A DNA stretch of 64,000 nt, taken from NCBI GenBank assembly GCA_963766075.1, contig CAVYAN010000065.1, positions 1 to 64,000 of the forward strand, in the 5' to 3' direction. The position numbers and the translations under genes are program-made. Every line of letters begins with the position of its first letter. Within the stretch, counting starts at the first letter, position 1. The notes beneath the pieces are model-generated. The model was given only the letters and a program-made list of their open reading frames with translations, did not search any database and was not told where the DNA came from. This document shows positions 24,001 through 34,064 of this stretch, piece after piece. Origin of the DNA: an uncultured cyanobacterium (GTDB lineage: Bacteria; Cyanobacteriota; Cyanobacteriia; Leptolyngbyales; Leptolyngbyaceae).

Positions 24001-24715
24001 AATTCTGGGGTTGCTCAGGGTCAAAAAAGGCAGGATCTTTACAGCAAATGCGGAGTCCCACATCCAGTGCGGCTAGCTCCTGATAGGGCATCTTGGCCGC
24101 TCCACGGCGCAGGGTTAAGTCCACCCGCCAACATCCCACCTTGTTTCCGGCCAGGGACAATTGAATCGGGGATTGGATGCCCGTGAGTGCGGCGTTGGTT
24201 GAGGTATTGACAAGGGCAAGTCCAGTGCTATTTTGTGGATCACGGGTGAGGGTAAAGCCGTCGTTGGTAGAATTGACCGTGACTTGGGTGCCGCGGGCGA
24301 TCGCCAATCCGTAATTCCGCCACCGCATCACCGTCGGCTGCCGCACGATCGCGGGTTGCCCTACTTTTTCCGGCTCTACTGCTAAATACTGAAATCGCCA
24401 TGCCGAAAAGGCATCTGCGGGATTTTCTAGCCAGAGGAATCGCAAATTCTGAAAATCCGGATCGTTTAGTAGCCGCATTACCGTCGGCACAAAAGTTGGG
24501 ATCTGTTCAACACTCGTCTGACTGGCATTGAGAAACAGGTAAACGCCGCCCGCTTGCCAACCGGATAACATGTCCACCGTTGAGGCTGATGAGAGGGTTG
24601 TGGGCATTAGGAAGGCAATGCTGTAGTCCCCGCTGGGGAGGGAGGGCGGTGCCGTATGCCAGTAGAAAGGCGTGCGCTCGGATTTTTGGAAAACGGGTGA
24701 GGTAGAAGCAGCCAT
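21078..24715 (-). CDS. Large hypothetical protein (~1210 aa; frameshift near 21770), giant-operon gene 2
   Basis: ORF 21530-24733 joins ORF 21078-21734 via FTLTPPEFKFNPRNLVFDL; motifs LCGLSGVEY, YYAQPDQAVL, TTPQGFL, LQSNQLFLVI, WYGLAFELELGDLGALAG and IGWYAAY. Confidence 0.8.
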
Positions 24716-24757
24716 GATTGCCGAATACTCCAATGGGGGCGGGGAGGAGAGGGCGGA

Positions 24758-27700
24758 CTAGAAATAGAAGCGATCGCCTTTGACAACGGGCAGGTCGAAG
24801 GCATCGGTCCCGTTGCTGGCTCTGGGATAGGCATCCAAGTTGATAAATCGATAGGACGGGGTGTTGTTGACACCAGCGTGGCTGAGGCGCTGGGGCCGAG
24901 CCACACCGGGAGGCTGACTGCGGGTGGGGGTGGTTGAGGCTGTATCGAAGGCGGCGGTGGTGGGCAGAATGTCGGTATAGGCTTCTAGCAGTTGCCGCAG
25001 GGTGGTGCCAATGGGGACATAAGTAGGCTGTTCGTGGATGAAGATTTGGATTTCGGGAATCACTAAGGCCCGTCCCCGGAAAAAGAAGGTGACCCGACTG
25101 TTATTACCTGGGGGAATGGTAATTTGGCCATTCTTGCGGAACTCTTCGGTGGCGGCCTCGATGTCGGTGAGATTGTCGCTGCCGACTAGGGTGGCGACGC
25201 GCTCGGATCGTCCAGTGGTGGTGCCTCCAGCGACCTGACGGGCATAAAACAGGCGATAGTAGGGACGCCGAAATCCAGCTTGCAATAAATCAATCAATCC
25301 CCCAGCTCCAGAGTTGGAGATGTTTTGGGCCAGATTTGTATCATTACCGCTCACTAATTTAGACACAAAGGGGTCAAAGCCCAGTAAGTACTCGATCGCG
25401 CCACTATTCAGAATTCGGGAGTAACGATTGAGCTGGTAGTAGGCAGTGGTATTGCCAACAAAACCGCTGAGGGTTGGGCGATCGGGACTACGATCGGTAG
25501 GCAAAATCGATTGATACACTTGATAATCAACCCGCAGGCGCATACCAGGGTACAGATCGACGTAGCTGGGATCGCTATTGAAGCCATAATAATACGATAG
25601 AACCTGTTCCAGGGGGAGGGGTAAGTTTTCAGCTAAGCGCTGTTGGACAACGGTAATGCCCCAGAGCAGCGGGCGATCGCTGACTGTAGTGGCGGATTCT
25701 CGGGCCCGCAGGTTGCCGATCAAATCGCGATAGGCTTGGTCAATCGTGGCGAAGGCGGCTTTGACGTCAGTGGGCAACGGGGTTGGCAATTGGATCGTCA
25801 GGGTTGCGGTCGTGGCGGTCGATTGCTCTAGGCGAAAGATTTCCACATTGGCACTGGATTTGCCGAAAATCGTTGCTGTGGGTCCGTTAAAGATGGGCGG
25901 GAGGGTGAGGCTGATGGGACTAGGAATCTGGGTGCGATCGCCTTGGTAAATTAAGGACTGATTGCCTTTTTGAGTCACAAAGTAGTCTGAGGTATGGCGC
26001 AGATAGGGTTCTAATAGAGTCGCCGCATTATCCCGCAGCGTGTCAAAGCTAAGGCGCACCAGATCATTCCGATTGTCCGGCGGCTGGAACAACGTCATAG
26101 CCGGAATTTCCACCTCTTTCAGAATAGGAGTTTCATCCTGCCAGACCAATTGGCTGCGCAATAGGGCTAAAAATCCCGCCGTGCTCAGTTCCACGCTCAG
26201 GTTGGTTTGCATTTGTTGTTGACTATCCGGGGCGGTGGACAGTGGGATTAATGTCGCTAGATTCACCACACTACGGGGATCGTACATGGCGGGAAAGGCG
26301 AGCAAATTCAGATCGAGGCTAAAGGGGATAGTGCCCTGCCATACCAGGCGTTTATCCTTTTGGAAACTCTGAAGGGCGATCGCTTCGCCCAACCATACCC
26401 CGGTCAGTTGTGGGCGACCCAGGAACATCGCCAAACGTGGCTGGAATAACTGGAAGTTGGGCAGGCTGAAGGCAATGGGCACAGCCCGTTGGTTGGCAGG
26501 CCCGAGAAACTGTACGGTACCATCCGCCAGGATCTCCACATCCACATCGTTTTGAGAGAGTTGTAATGGGGACCACTCCGGCGCAAATTGCAGATTGCCA
26601 TGCAGCATCACACTGGTGCGGCGCAATTGTAAATCACCTTGGAATATGGGATTTCCCAGAATTTGCAGCGTACTGGTTCCCAACAGTTGCACCGAATTTT
26701 GGGGTGGAACAACCGCTAAGGTACCCTGAGCCTGAAACTGTGTAAAGTTGGCAATATCGCCACTGGCGGCCAGTTTCCACCGCTGCGGAAGTGCCCCCAC
26801 ATCGGCCAGCAGATAGAAATCCAGTATCACTAGCGTTGTGCGAGCATTGCCATTGGCAGGCAGCGATGGATTGCCCCCCGGCACCACTGTCTGGGGTGTT
26901 ACACTCAAGCTGAAGATCTGGGTTTGATCCGCCTGGGTGAGAAACTTGGGCACTAGATTAAAGGATCGGGCAAACAGGCGGACCTCGACATTGCCTTGCA
27001 CATCCCACAGAGCGGCGTTGCGGGCCAGCAGCAGGCGAAACTGGGGAATGGCTAAATTGTCGGCGATCGCCACAGTACCATTCACTTGCAATTGCGGCTG
27101 ACCGGCAGTCGTGATGCTGAGAATGGGCGGAAAAGGCCCCCGCAGTGGGGGCGGAATCACGTCTAAAGTAAGCTGCACATCGGTATCCACGATCCAGACG
27201 GGAGGCGTCGTGGTTCGATTTACGGATAGGTTGAATTTGCGCCCTTGGAGATTTCCTAAGCCAACCAAAGAGAGAAAGATATTGGGCGATCGCAGTTGCA
27301 AACTGGGAATCAGGGCTGAACCAGGAATGGCCGTGGCCACGAAGTCTACATCATTATTCCAGAGACTTAAGGTGACACTGCCATTGTCCGGCAGGTTGCG
27401 ACTCAGTTCCAAAGCTGTGGTGGTTTTGTCCCAACTCCACCGTATCTTTTTGAGTTGAAAGTCGGCGGTGCCTAGAGTAGCAGTGGGGTCTGTGCTAATG
27501 CGGCTAAACTCAGGCTGAACTGCTGTCTTACCGATTTGCTCAATCCGAGTCTGAATGCCCGCGTTTAAGGGGACTGGCACGTTATCAAAAAGCAGTGCAC
27601 CTTGAATGTCAGCAACGGGAACTGTCCGTTGACGCACTTCAGCAGCGGTGAGGGCGCGATCATAGATGGCAATGCGGTGCAGTTGTCCCGCCCAAGGGCG

Positions 27701-28885
27701 AATGCCGGGAGTATTGGTTCCCTCGGGCTGGAACTCATTACCCAGGGTAAGGCAGTAGTCGGCCCAGGCATCAAAATTGCCAGCGCGACTGGCCGAGGAA
27801 GTCACAATGCCATTGACATACAGTTGAGCCGTCCCGTCGCGATCGCGGGTAAAGACCACATGCTCCATCCCAGAAATTGCTGCAATCTGGCTCTGAATCG
27901 CAGGTTCGCCATTTGGATTGCTGGGCCCAATCCGGACAAATCCAGCATAAACACTGGGTTTCCCGTCCAGAAAGCCCTGTTGCAGAGTGACATTTCGTCG
28001 GTCTGGATCCGCAGAAAGGGTAATGATGCGTCCGGGTGGATTGGTGCCTGTGGTTGCAGGCTTAATCCAGGCTTCTAAGGTAATGGCATCGCTTTCCTTA
28101 CAAGCATCAATAATTTTCTTGGCGAGGGTAATGGAACGAATGGGTGGGGTTTTGTTATCGATCGCCAAACCATCGCTCCAGTTCAATTGAGGCGCTTTTC
28201 CCGTGGCATCTGGCGCAATGCGCAAGTCCAATGGATCACGGGTGCCGGAACTATCGTATAGGGTGATGGTGGCGGACGTTTCCGCATAGGTAGCTTTGTC
28301 AAACAGGTACAATGCCTGCAATCCTGCCCAGGGATCGGTAGCAGCACTGACCTGAAACTGGCTGAGGTTCAGGGTGCCCAGGGGGGGGATCGCGATCGCC
28401 GTCACACTGGCACCGGGCACGTAGGCAAACACTAACCCTTGATCGGGGGTCAGCTTAGCTTGCAGCGGCACATCCTGGCCATAGAGCACCGCCGTGAGCC
28501 CCCCACTGACCACCAGTTGGGTGGCACCCTTTTGTTGGGTAAAGGTGAGATTGAGTTGCTTGTAGGCAACATCAGCGGTGGCTGCAAAAAGCTCGGATGC
28601 CTTCACCGTTAAGGTGACTTCCGTTGCGCTGACAGTCAGGCCAACGGTGGAAAAGGTGGGGTGGGGGGCAGCGGGCAGGGCCGTTAGCAACAAATGCCCT
28701 TCTACTTTGGCGATCGCCCCGACACTAAAGCCATCAACAGCGGCCTGATTTGCTGGTTTGCCCAATTCAAAAAATTGGATGCCCGTCCGTTTAATTTCAT
28801 AGCGGAGGTATTTTCTGGCCGGGGGCGTAGCCGATAAGTCAACGGCAAGGCTGCCACGACCTAAAATGGAGTCTCCGAGGGGCAT
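24758..28885 (-). CDS. 1375-aa protein with a LamG/concanavalin-A-like jellyroll domain, giant-operon gene 1
   Basis: Unbroken ORF with GGAG before the ATG. LamG-like segment at ~27625-28325 (LQALYLFD, ITLEAWIKP, HVVFTRD, LYVNG, IAIYDRALTAAEV). C-terminal domain with VDLYPGMRLRVDYQ and LPVVKGDRF. Confidence 0.85.
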   Translation of the reverse strand: MPLGDSILGRGSLAVDLSATPPARKYLRYEIKRTGIQFFELGKPANQAAVDGFSVGAIAKVEGHLLLTALPAAPHPTFSTVGLTVSATEVTLTVKASELFAATADVAYKQLNLTFTQQKGATQLVVSGGLTAVLYGQDVPLQAKLTPDQGLVFAYVPGASVTAIAIPPLGTLNLSQFQVSAATDPWAGLQALYLFDKATYAETSATITLYDSSGTRDPLDLRIAPDATGKAPQLNWSDGLAIDNKTPPIRSITLAKKIIDACKESDAITLEAWIKPATTGTNPPGRIITLSADPDRRNVTLQQGFLDGKPSVYAGFVRIGPSNPNGEPAIQSQIAAISGMEHVVFTRDRDGTAQLYVNGIVTSSASRAGNFDAWADYCLTLGNEFQPEGTNTPGIRPWAGQLHRIAIYDRALTAAEVRQRTVPVADIQGALLFDNVPVPLNAGIQTRIEQIGKTAVQPEFSRISTDPTATLGTADFQLKKIRWSWDKTTTALELSRNLPDNGSVTLSLWNNDVDFVATAIPGSALIPSLQLRSPNIFLSLVGLGNLQGRKFNLSVNRTTTPPVWIVDTDVQLTLDVIPPPLRGPFPPILSITTAGQPQLQVNGTVAIADNLAIPQFRLLLARNAALWDVQGNVEVRLFARSFNLVPKFLTQADQTQIFSLSVTPQTVVPGGNPSLPANGNARTTLVILDFYLLADVGALPQRWKLAASGDIANFTQFQAQGTLAVVPPQNSVQLLGTSTLQILGNPIFQGDLQLRRTSVMLHGNLQFAPEWSPLQLSQNDVDVEILADGTVQFLGPANQRAVPIAFSLPNFQLFQPRLAMFLGRPQLTGVWLGEAIALQSFQKDKRLVWQGTIPFSLDLNLLAFPAMYDPRSVVNLATLIPLSTAPDSQQQMQTNLSVELSTAGFLALLRSQLVWQDETPILKEVEIPAMTLFQPPDNRNDLVRLSFDTLRDNAATLLEPYLRHTSDYFVTQKGNQSLIYQGDRTQIPSPISLTLPPIFNGPTATIFGKSSANVEIFRLEQSTATTATLTIQLPTPLPTDVKAAFATIDQAYRDLIGNLRARESATTVSDRPLLWGITVVQQRLAENLPLPLEQVLSYYYGFNSDPSYVDLYPGMRLRVDYQVYQSILPTDRSPDRPTLSGFVGNTTAYYQLNRYSRILNSGAIEYLLGFDPFVSKLVSGNDTNLAQNISNSGAGGLIDLLQAGFRRPYYRLFYARQVAGGTTTGRSERVATLVGSDNLTDIEAATEEFRKNGQITIPPGNNSRVTFFFRGRALVIPEIQIFIHEQPTYVPIGTTLRQLLEAYTDILPTTAAFDTASTTPTRSQPPGVARPQRLSHAGVNNTPSYRFINLDAYPRASNGTDAFDLPVVKGDRFYF

Positions 28886-29213
28886 ACGGTGTGTCTCCTA
28901 AGCAATATCGATAATCAAGCAAGCACAAATCACGTCCAGCAATCGCAATGAAAATTCGCGCTTAATGCAAATTCTCGTCTAGGCGCTCAAGGCAAATTCG
29001 GGTTTGAGGGCAGAGGGACAACAATGTCCTACTAAGCCTCTGGGGGCACGGGCGTCCAGTTCGGACGGAAACCCAGTCTATGGGGAAACTGTAGATCTGA
29101 GAGAATTGAGCGATCGCAGTTACTAGATTATCCTAACCCCACCTAAATGACGTGCTGCGAATGGACAGAAATCTTCCAATTTTGGCAAGTTGGCAATTAT
29201 GGGCACCACACCA

Positions 29214-29273
29214 AAACCGCTGACAGCCCCATCCGCTTTCTAAAGCAAGATTTAGGGCACCTGTCAGCGGTTT
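29214..29273. promoter_or_regulatory. 13-bp inverted repeat upstream of the giant operon (operator, or terminator of the ABC pair)
   Basis: AAACCGCTGACAG-N34-CTGTCAGCGGTTT. Confidence 0.4.
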
Positions 29274-29446
29274 GTCAGCAGCAACAAATTCGGAGCACCA
29301 ATCAGAGGCCGCACATTTAGCGGGGTGGATAAGTGGGGTGGGTCAGGCGGATAATCACATGGCTCACCCCACACCTGAGCCGTCAACGGTAGACTCTCGT
29401 TAGGATTAGACTCTGGGGGATTACTCCGAGGGATTACTCCGGGGGG

Positions 29447-31066
29447 TTAGACTCTAGCGGCGGCCAAGAGGGCCTTCATTTCTGACTCCCCTAGCTTCTG
29501 CATTTGCTGGGTGAGCCGCGCCGTCAGCATTCCCAGGGCAGCCAGTTGCCCGAGCATGCCCCCGAAAATCGTCATCAGTGGCGCTGTCCCTGCGGCAAAG
29601 ATGGCCGCCACCGGCGTGAACATCCAGAGGAGCGGTTGGGTTGTGGGCGAAACCGTCAGGATACCCAACAGGCTGATGGGTACGACGGAGATCGCGGCTA
29701 CTACGCCCGCCGCCCAAACAGTACGCTTACTTGACTTAAGCATCAGCATCAACTGGACGATCACCGTGCAAATCAGCACATATACGAAGCCAAATCCCAA
29801 TCCCGCTAACAGGGCCTTCTGATCGTCCAGAGTCAGGCTAGGGTCTAGGACCATCCGCACCCCATACATCAGCGCCATAATACCGGCATTAACGGCGATC
29901 GCCAGCAGCACAGGACTCTTTTCTCCCCAGAGCAAATCTGGGATGATCCGCGCTTGCCAAAATTGGTGGGTTTGGCTAACCTGCTGACGGCGGTAGCGCG
30001 CCCAGTCCAGCACCGTTTGGCGGTGGGGTGTCATGGCCGCCACCAACAGCAACAGCCACATCAGACCAAAACATCCCACAACGGTTAGATCCATCACCAA
30101 GGGATCGTAGGAACCGCGATCGCGCACTGTAAAGCCAATCATCCACAGGCCAAAACTGGTGGTAGCTCCATAGCTTTGGGCCTTACTCAGTAAGCTGATG
30201 GTGGGATTGCGGAATCGCCGATTCGCGGCTGTCCACAACCAATAGCTGGCAACCGCCAACGTGACCAATAAAAACGGTATTAGGAGCCACAGGGACACCC
30301 CCACCACCAGCCCATACCAACTCATGCTAATCAAGGGTGGATCGCCATCTTCCCTGGACGATCCTGCTCGTATAGCCAGCATCACCAGGGAGGAGACAAT
30401 GTTGTAGCTAAATAGCACGCCAATCGCCCCGACCCAGCCCTGAAATCCTCCCATAAAGGCATACAGCAGTGAACCGATAAAGAAGCAGCTACAAATGCCG
30501 AGGGTGAGCAGGTAAATGCTGAGGGTATGACCCAGGGGAATGTTGCCAGAGATCGCCGCCCACAGATGCAATGGTACCGTCAGCAACACTGCCACATAGG
30601 GCACAATCGGAACGCCCAACAGCTTACCCATTAGCACACTGTCACTCGTTTGGGGACTCAGGCGAATAAAGTTTAGCGTACCGCGCTTTTCTTCCTTGCC
30701 TAAGTCGCCAATCAGCAGGTATACCCCCGCAATCAGCACCACAAAAGGCAAAGCCCAACTCAGCACTTGATACAAATTCGACCACCACAAGGGCCAATTA
30801 ATCAGCACCTGTCCCGCCACATCCTTCAGACACTGCCGCCCGCTGGACGGATAGGGATATTCCGGTTTGCCCGTGCAGAGCGCGTGATAGGTAGACAGTG
30901 GATCGGGCAACGTGCCCCAAAAATAAAGCAGCAGAACGCCCTGAATCGCCAGCGTTGCCAGCACCGTCGTCCCCAAACTGCGCGGCGTCAAGCGCCCCTT
31001 CAATTCCCGAGCCAATTGGGGATTCCAACTGCCCAGTTGATAGAGCCAGTCAAGAGTCATAGCCAT
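29447..31066 (-). CDS. ABC transporter permease-like multi-pass membrane protein
   Basis: WNPQLARELKGRL and EEKRGTLNFIRLSPQ...GKLLGVP motifs, about 12 TM segments; downstream of an ABC ATPase. Confidence 0.85.
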   Translation of the reverse strand: MAMTLDWLYQLGSWNPQLARELKGRLTPRSLGTTVLATLAIQGVLLLYFWGTLPDPLSTYHALCTGKPEYPYPSSGRQCLKDVAGQVLINWPLWWSNLYQVLSWALPFVVLIAGVYLLIGDLGKEEKRGTLNFIRLSPQTSDSVLMGKLLGVPIVPYVAVLLTVPLHLWAAISGNIPLGHTLSIYLLTLGICSCFFIGSLLYAFMGGFQGWVGAIGVLFSYNIVSSLVMLAIRAGSSREDGDPPLISMSWYGLVVGVSLWLLIPFLLVTLAVASYWLWTAANRRFRNPTISLLSKAQSYGATTSFGLWMIGFTVRDRGSYDPLVMDLTVVGCFGLMWLLLLVAAMTPHRQTVLDWARYRRQQVSQTHQFWQARIIPDLLWGEKSPVLLAIAVNAGIMALMYGVRMVLDPSLTLDDQKALLAGLGFGFVYVLICTVIVQLMLMLKSSKRTVWAAGVVAAISVVPISLLGILTVSPTTQPLLWMFTPVAAIFAAGTAPLMTIFGGMLGQLAALGMLTARLTQQMQKLGESEMKALLAAARV

Positions 31067-31220
31067 GAACGCTCCAAAATTTGCAAAATATACCGTTTCA
31101 GAACCGATACCGTTTCAGAACCCAACCCACAGGTGAAGAAAACCGTTAGCGCCACCCCAGCCCTATCCAAAAATTTTTTTGGGGGGGAAATCTAAAGCCC
31201 AAAATCCAAAATCTAAAATC

Positions 31221-32171
31221 CTAGGAGGCTTGTTGGTGCCCCAGGTTGAGGAAAATAGTTTCCAAGTTTTCTTTTGTACAATGAAATTCGTTGATGGGAA
31301 GATCGGCATGAATCAGCGATCGCAACAGTCGCGAGGCATCCTCAGAATTCCCTGAAAACTGTACCCGCAGACCGGAGGTCCCAGGAATGCGATCGATGTT
31401 TTGAATATGGGACGACTGTTGCAGCACGGCTTGCAATTGGTCCACATCCCCCAGAGTGGACAGGATAATTTGCTGGCGACTGAGGCGATCGTGCAGCTCG
31501 CGCAGGGTAGCACTTTCCACCAAATAGCCCAGTTCCATGATGCCAATAGAGGTACAGAGTTCCTCCAAATCACTGAGGATGTGGGAGGAAATCAGAATCG
31601 TCATGCCCGCCTGTTGCAGGGCCTTGATAATTTCCCTAAACTGCACACGGGCTAGGGGATCTAAGCCCGAAACAGGTTCATCCAGCAGCAGCACCATCGG
31701 CTCGTGGATAATTGTCCGGGCTAAGCTAAGGCGTTGTTTCATTCCCCGTGACAACGTGGAAATCAGACTATGACGCTTGTGGCTAAGCTGCACTAATTCC
31801 AAGACTTCCCGCAACCGCTGGGTGCGACGGGGTTCCCGCAATTTGTACAATCGGGCAAAGTAGTCCAGGTAGTCCCAAACATTCAGATCGTCATACAGAG
31901 GATAGTCGTCCGGCAGGTAGCCAATTTGGCGCTTGAGCTTTGGGTTGTCTTGGTCACGGAGCAACCGTTCACCGCTGATGTAAATCTCACCCAGGGTGGG
32001 TTCCTCGGCGGTGGCGAGCATACGGATAAGGGTTGTCTTACCCGCGCCATTGGGACCAATGAGGCCATAGACCTCGCCCTGTCGGATTTCCAGTTCGACA
32101 TCATGGACGGCAAGGTGGCGCTCGAAGCGTTTGCTGAGGCCACGGGTGGCGATCGCGAGGGTTTGTGCCAT
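31221..32171 (-). CDS. ABC transporter ATP-binding protein
   Basis: Walker A GPNGAGKTT, signature LSRGMKQR, Walker B LLLDEP, H-loop ISSH. Confidence 0.95.
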   Translation of the reverse strand: MAQTLAIATRGLSKRFERHLAVHDVELEIRQGEVYGLIGPNGAGKTTLIRMLATAEEPTLGEIYISGERLLRDQDNPKLKRQIGYLPDDYPLYDDLNVWDYLDYFARLYKLREPRRTQRLREVLELVQLSHKRHSLISTLSRGMKQRLSLARTIIHEPMVLLLDEPVSGLDPLARVQFREIIKALQQAGMTILISSHILSDLEELCTSIGIMELGYLVESATLRELHDRLSRQQIILSTLGDVDQLQAVLQQSSHIQNIDRIPGTSGLRVQFSGNSEDASRLLRSLIHADLPINEFHCTKENLETIFLNLGHQQAS

Positions 32172-32633
32172 GGGAAAGCTTTGGGATTTTAGATTGGGGA
32201 TTAGCGATCGATCGCAGGCTTTTGGTGCAGGGGAAACTCCGTTGCACGGACAAAGTTTTATGGGGCACTGCTAAGCTAACTTGCCGCTACAGGATTTGGC
32301 AGCACCATTACGGAAATTGATACAGAAGTTTCGGCTAAAAAACACCTGCTCGTTGCACCATACAGAGACAAATCAGCTCCAAACTCAGGCAGTGGCCTCA
32401 GGCAGTGGCCTCAGGCGAGGCAGCCAGAAAACCTATGGTTCTCAGCGGTGCTGACGCTACCAGGGGGCAAGGCCAAGCAGGAACTGATTTGTAAATTGTG
32501 TGTCCCGCTTTATACGGCTACTCCAACAAGCGCCTATGCCGCCCATGCTAATCAGCGCTTGTTGGGCGTAATTGAAGAAAATATGCCCTCCGCGTGCTCC
32601 GTTATGTGCTAAATTAAAGATCTATGGATAGGC

Positions 32634-32715
32634 GGGTCGGTGCCCGAGTGGTTAATGGGGGCGGACTGTAAATCCGCTGGCTACGCCTACGCTGGTTCAA
32701 ATCCAGCCCGGCCCA
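32634..32715 (+). tRNA. trnY: tRNA-Tyr (GTA)
   Basis: GGGTCGG acceptor stem pairs with CCGGCCC-A; anticodon loop CTGTAAA; long variable arm; GGTTCAAATCC T-arm. Confidence 0.97.
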
Positions 32716-32812
32716 TCCATGGTTCAATTAAAAATGCAAAATTAGAACTGCAAGGTTAAAAGCGTAAAATTGATTTTATTTTTAACTTTGCACTTTTGAT
32801 TTTTAATCGCCT

Positions 32813-32884
32813 GCCCGTGTGGCTCAGTGGTAGAGCACACCCTTGGTAAGGGTGAGGTCACGAGTTCAATCCTCGTCACGGGCT
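32813..32884 (+). tRNA. trnT: tRNA-Thr (GGT)
   Basis: GCCCGTG...CACGGGC-T; anticodon loop TTGGTAA; GAGTTCAATCCTC T-arm; usual trnY-trnT pairing. Confidence 0.97.
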
Positions 32885-32955
32885 TTAGTGAAGTTCCTAC
32901 AGCACAGGATTCTTACATTATTCGGGTTTCTGCTGGGGGCGCGTCTGATTGGGCA

Positions 32956-33699
32956 TTAAGAGCTGTGTTCTATGGCATCGATCGCCACAATCACAACGGT
33001 AATGTTGTCCCGCCCGCCATGATTTTTGGCAGCATTCACTAGGGCGATCGCCGCGTTGTCGCAGGTACTCATTTGCGTAAGCTGTTGGGCAATTAGGGCG
33101 TCAGCGACTTCTTCTGTGAGGCCATCGCTACAGAGCAACAGGCGATCGTTGGGCTGTACCGGCAGCGCCTGGACATCAATCGTATCCAGATCTTCCCGGC
33201 CCAAGCATTGTGCCAATACGTGTCGCCATGGATGCGCCCGCGCTTCATCTGCCGTCAGTTCGCCAGTTTGGATGGCCCGGGCAACCCAGGTGTGATCTGC
33301 CGTAATCTGATCGAGTTGGGCGGCGCGCAGTCGATACAGTCGCGAATCCCCCACATGAGCACACCACGGTTCGGCATCTTCCCGAAATAGCAGCACCACT
33401 ACCGTGGTGCCCATATCGCCTCGTTCGGGATGCTGGCGCTGATCTTCCAAAATGGCGGCATTGGCCTTGAGCAGCGCATGGCGTAACAGTTCCGCAGAGG
33501 ACTGGTCAGAGTCCCACTGTTCTAATAAGTAGTCATGAATGACTTGCGTGGCGATTTGGCTGGCTTCTTGGCCACCCGCATGGCCACCCATACCATCTGC
33601 CACGATAAAAAATTGCCCATCTGGATCGATATAGTAGGCATCCTGATTTACAGACCGCAGTAGACCAACGTCAGTTAACCCTGAGAAGAAACGTTTCAT
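32956..33699 (-). CDS. pphA: PP2C-family Ser/Thr protein phosphatase (PphA-like)
   Basis: NQDA, VADGMGGHAGG, HVGDSRLY, LLCSDGL and GGRDNIT motifs; synteny with an ABC1 kinase and small protein as in Synechocystis sll1769-1771. Confidence 0.88.
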   Translation of the reverse strand: MKRFFSGLTDVGLLRSVNQDAYYIDPDGQFFIVADGMGGHAGGQEASQIATQVIHDYLLEQWDSDQSSAELLRHALLKANAAILEDQRQHPERGDMGTTVVVLLFREDAEPWCAHVGDSRLYRLRAAQLDQITADHTWVARAIQTGELTADEARAHPWRHVLAQCLGREDLDTIDVQALPVQPNDRLLLCSDGLTEEVADALIAQQLTQMSTCDNAAIALVNAAKNHGGRDNITVVIVAIDAIEHSS

Positions 33700-34064
33700 A
33701 GAAGCCGTGCTTGAGAAGATGTGGGAAGAGCATCAAATTGGCGAAGGGTATTCTCTTAAACTCCCTAGATTTACCTAGATCCAGGCGAGCGATCTAGGCG
33801 GGGATCAGAGGCGAATCTCCCGAGAGGATGGTTTGAGAATCCCATAGCAACTAGCAACGGTGCCTAGCAAATATGGGTAGGGAAAGCCTCGATTCCTCTT
33901 TTCACGCATGCCCGGAGGGCTTCACATCCCGCGAGATCGCGCTGCTACGTTAGACAGAAGGGTACTTTGAGTTCTGACCCCGCTGTATTAAGGGATGCGC
34001 TGGCGCAGTGTGGCAATTGGCAATCGCACTGATTGACAATCACACGGCTTGCGAAAATTTACAG

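Noticed and set aside
10328..28885. Giant operon as a prophage, tailocin or eCIS
   Set aside because: No recognisable sheath, tube, VgrG/PAAR, baseplate, terminase or integrase motifs; LysM alone is insufficient.
31190..31220. CCAAAAT-type heptamer runs here and at ~43095-43120
   Set aside because: Ordinary cyanobacterial STRR repeats; not novel.
29447..32171. ABC pair as the dedicated exporter of the giant proteins
   Set aside because: It is separated by ~560 nt with a hairpin, resembles a common cyanobacterial ABC pair, and has no HlyD/TolC partner here.
32634..32884. tRNAs as an island integration site
   Set aside because: No duplicated tRNA 3' end or adjacent integrase was seen.
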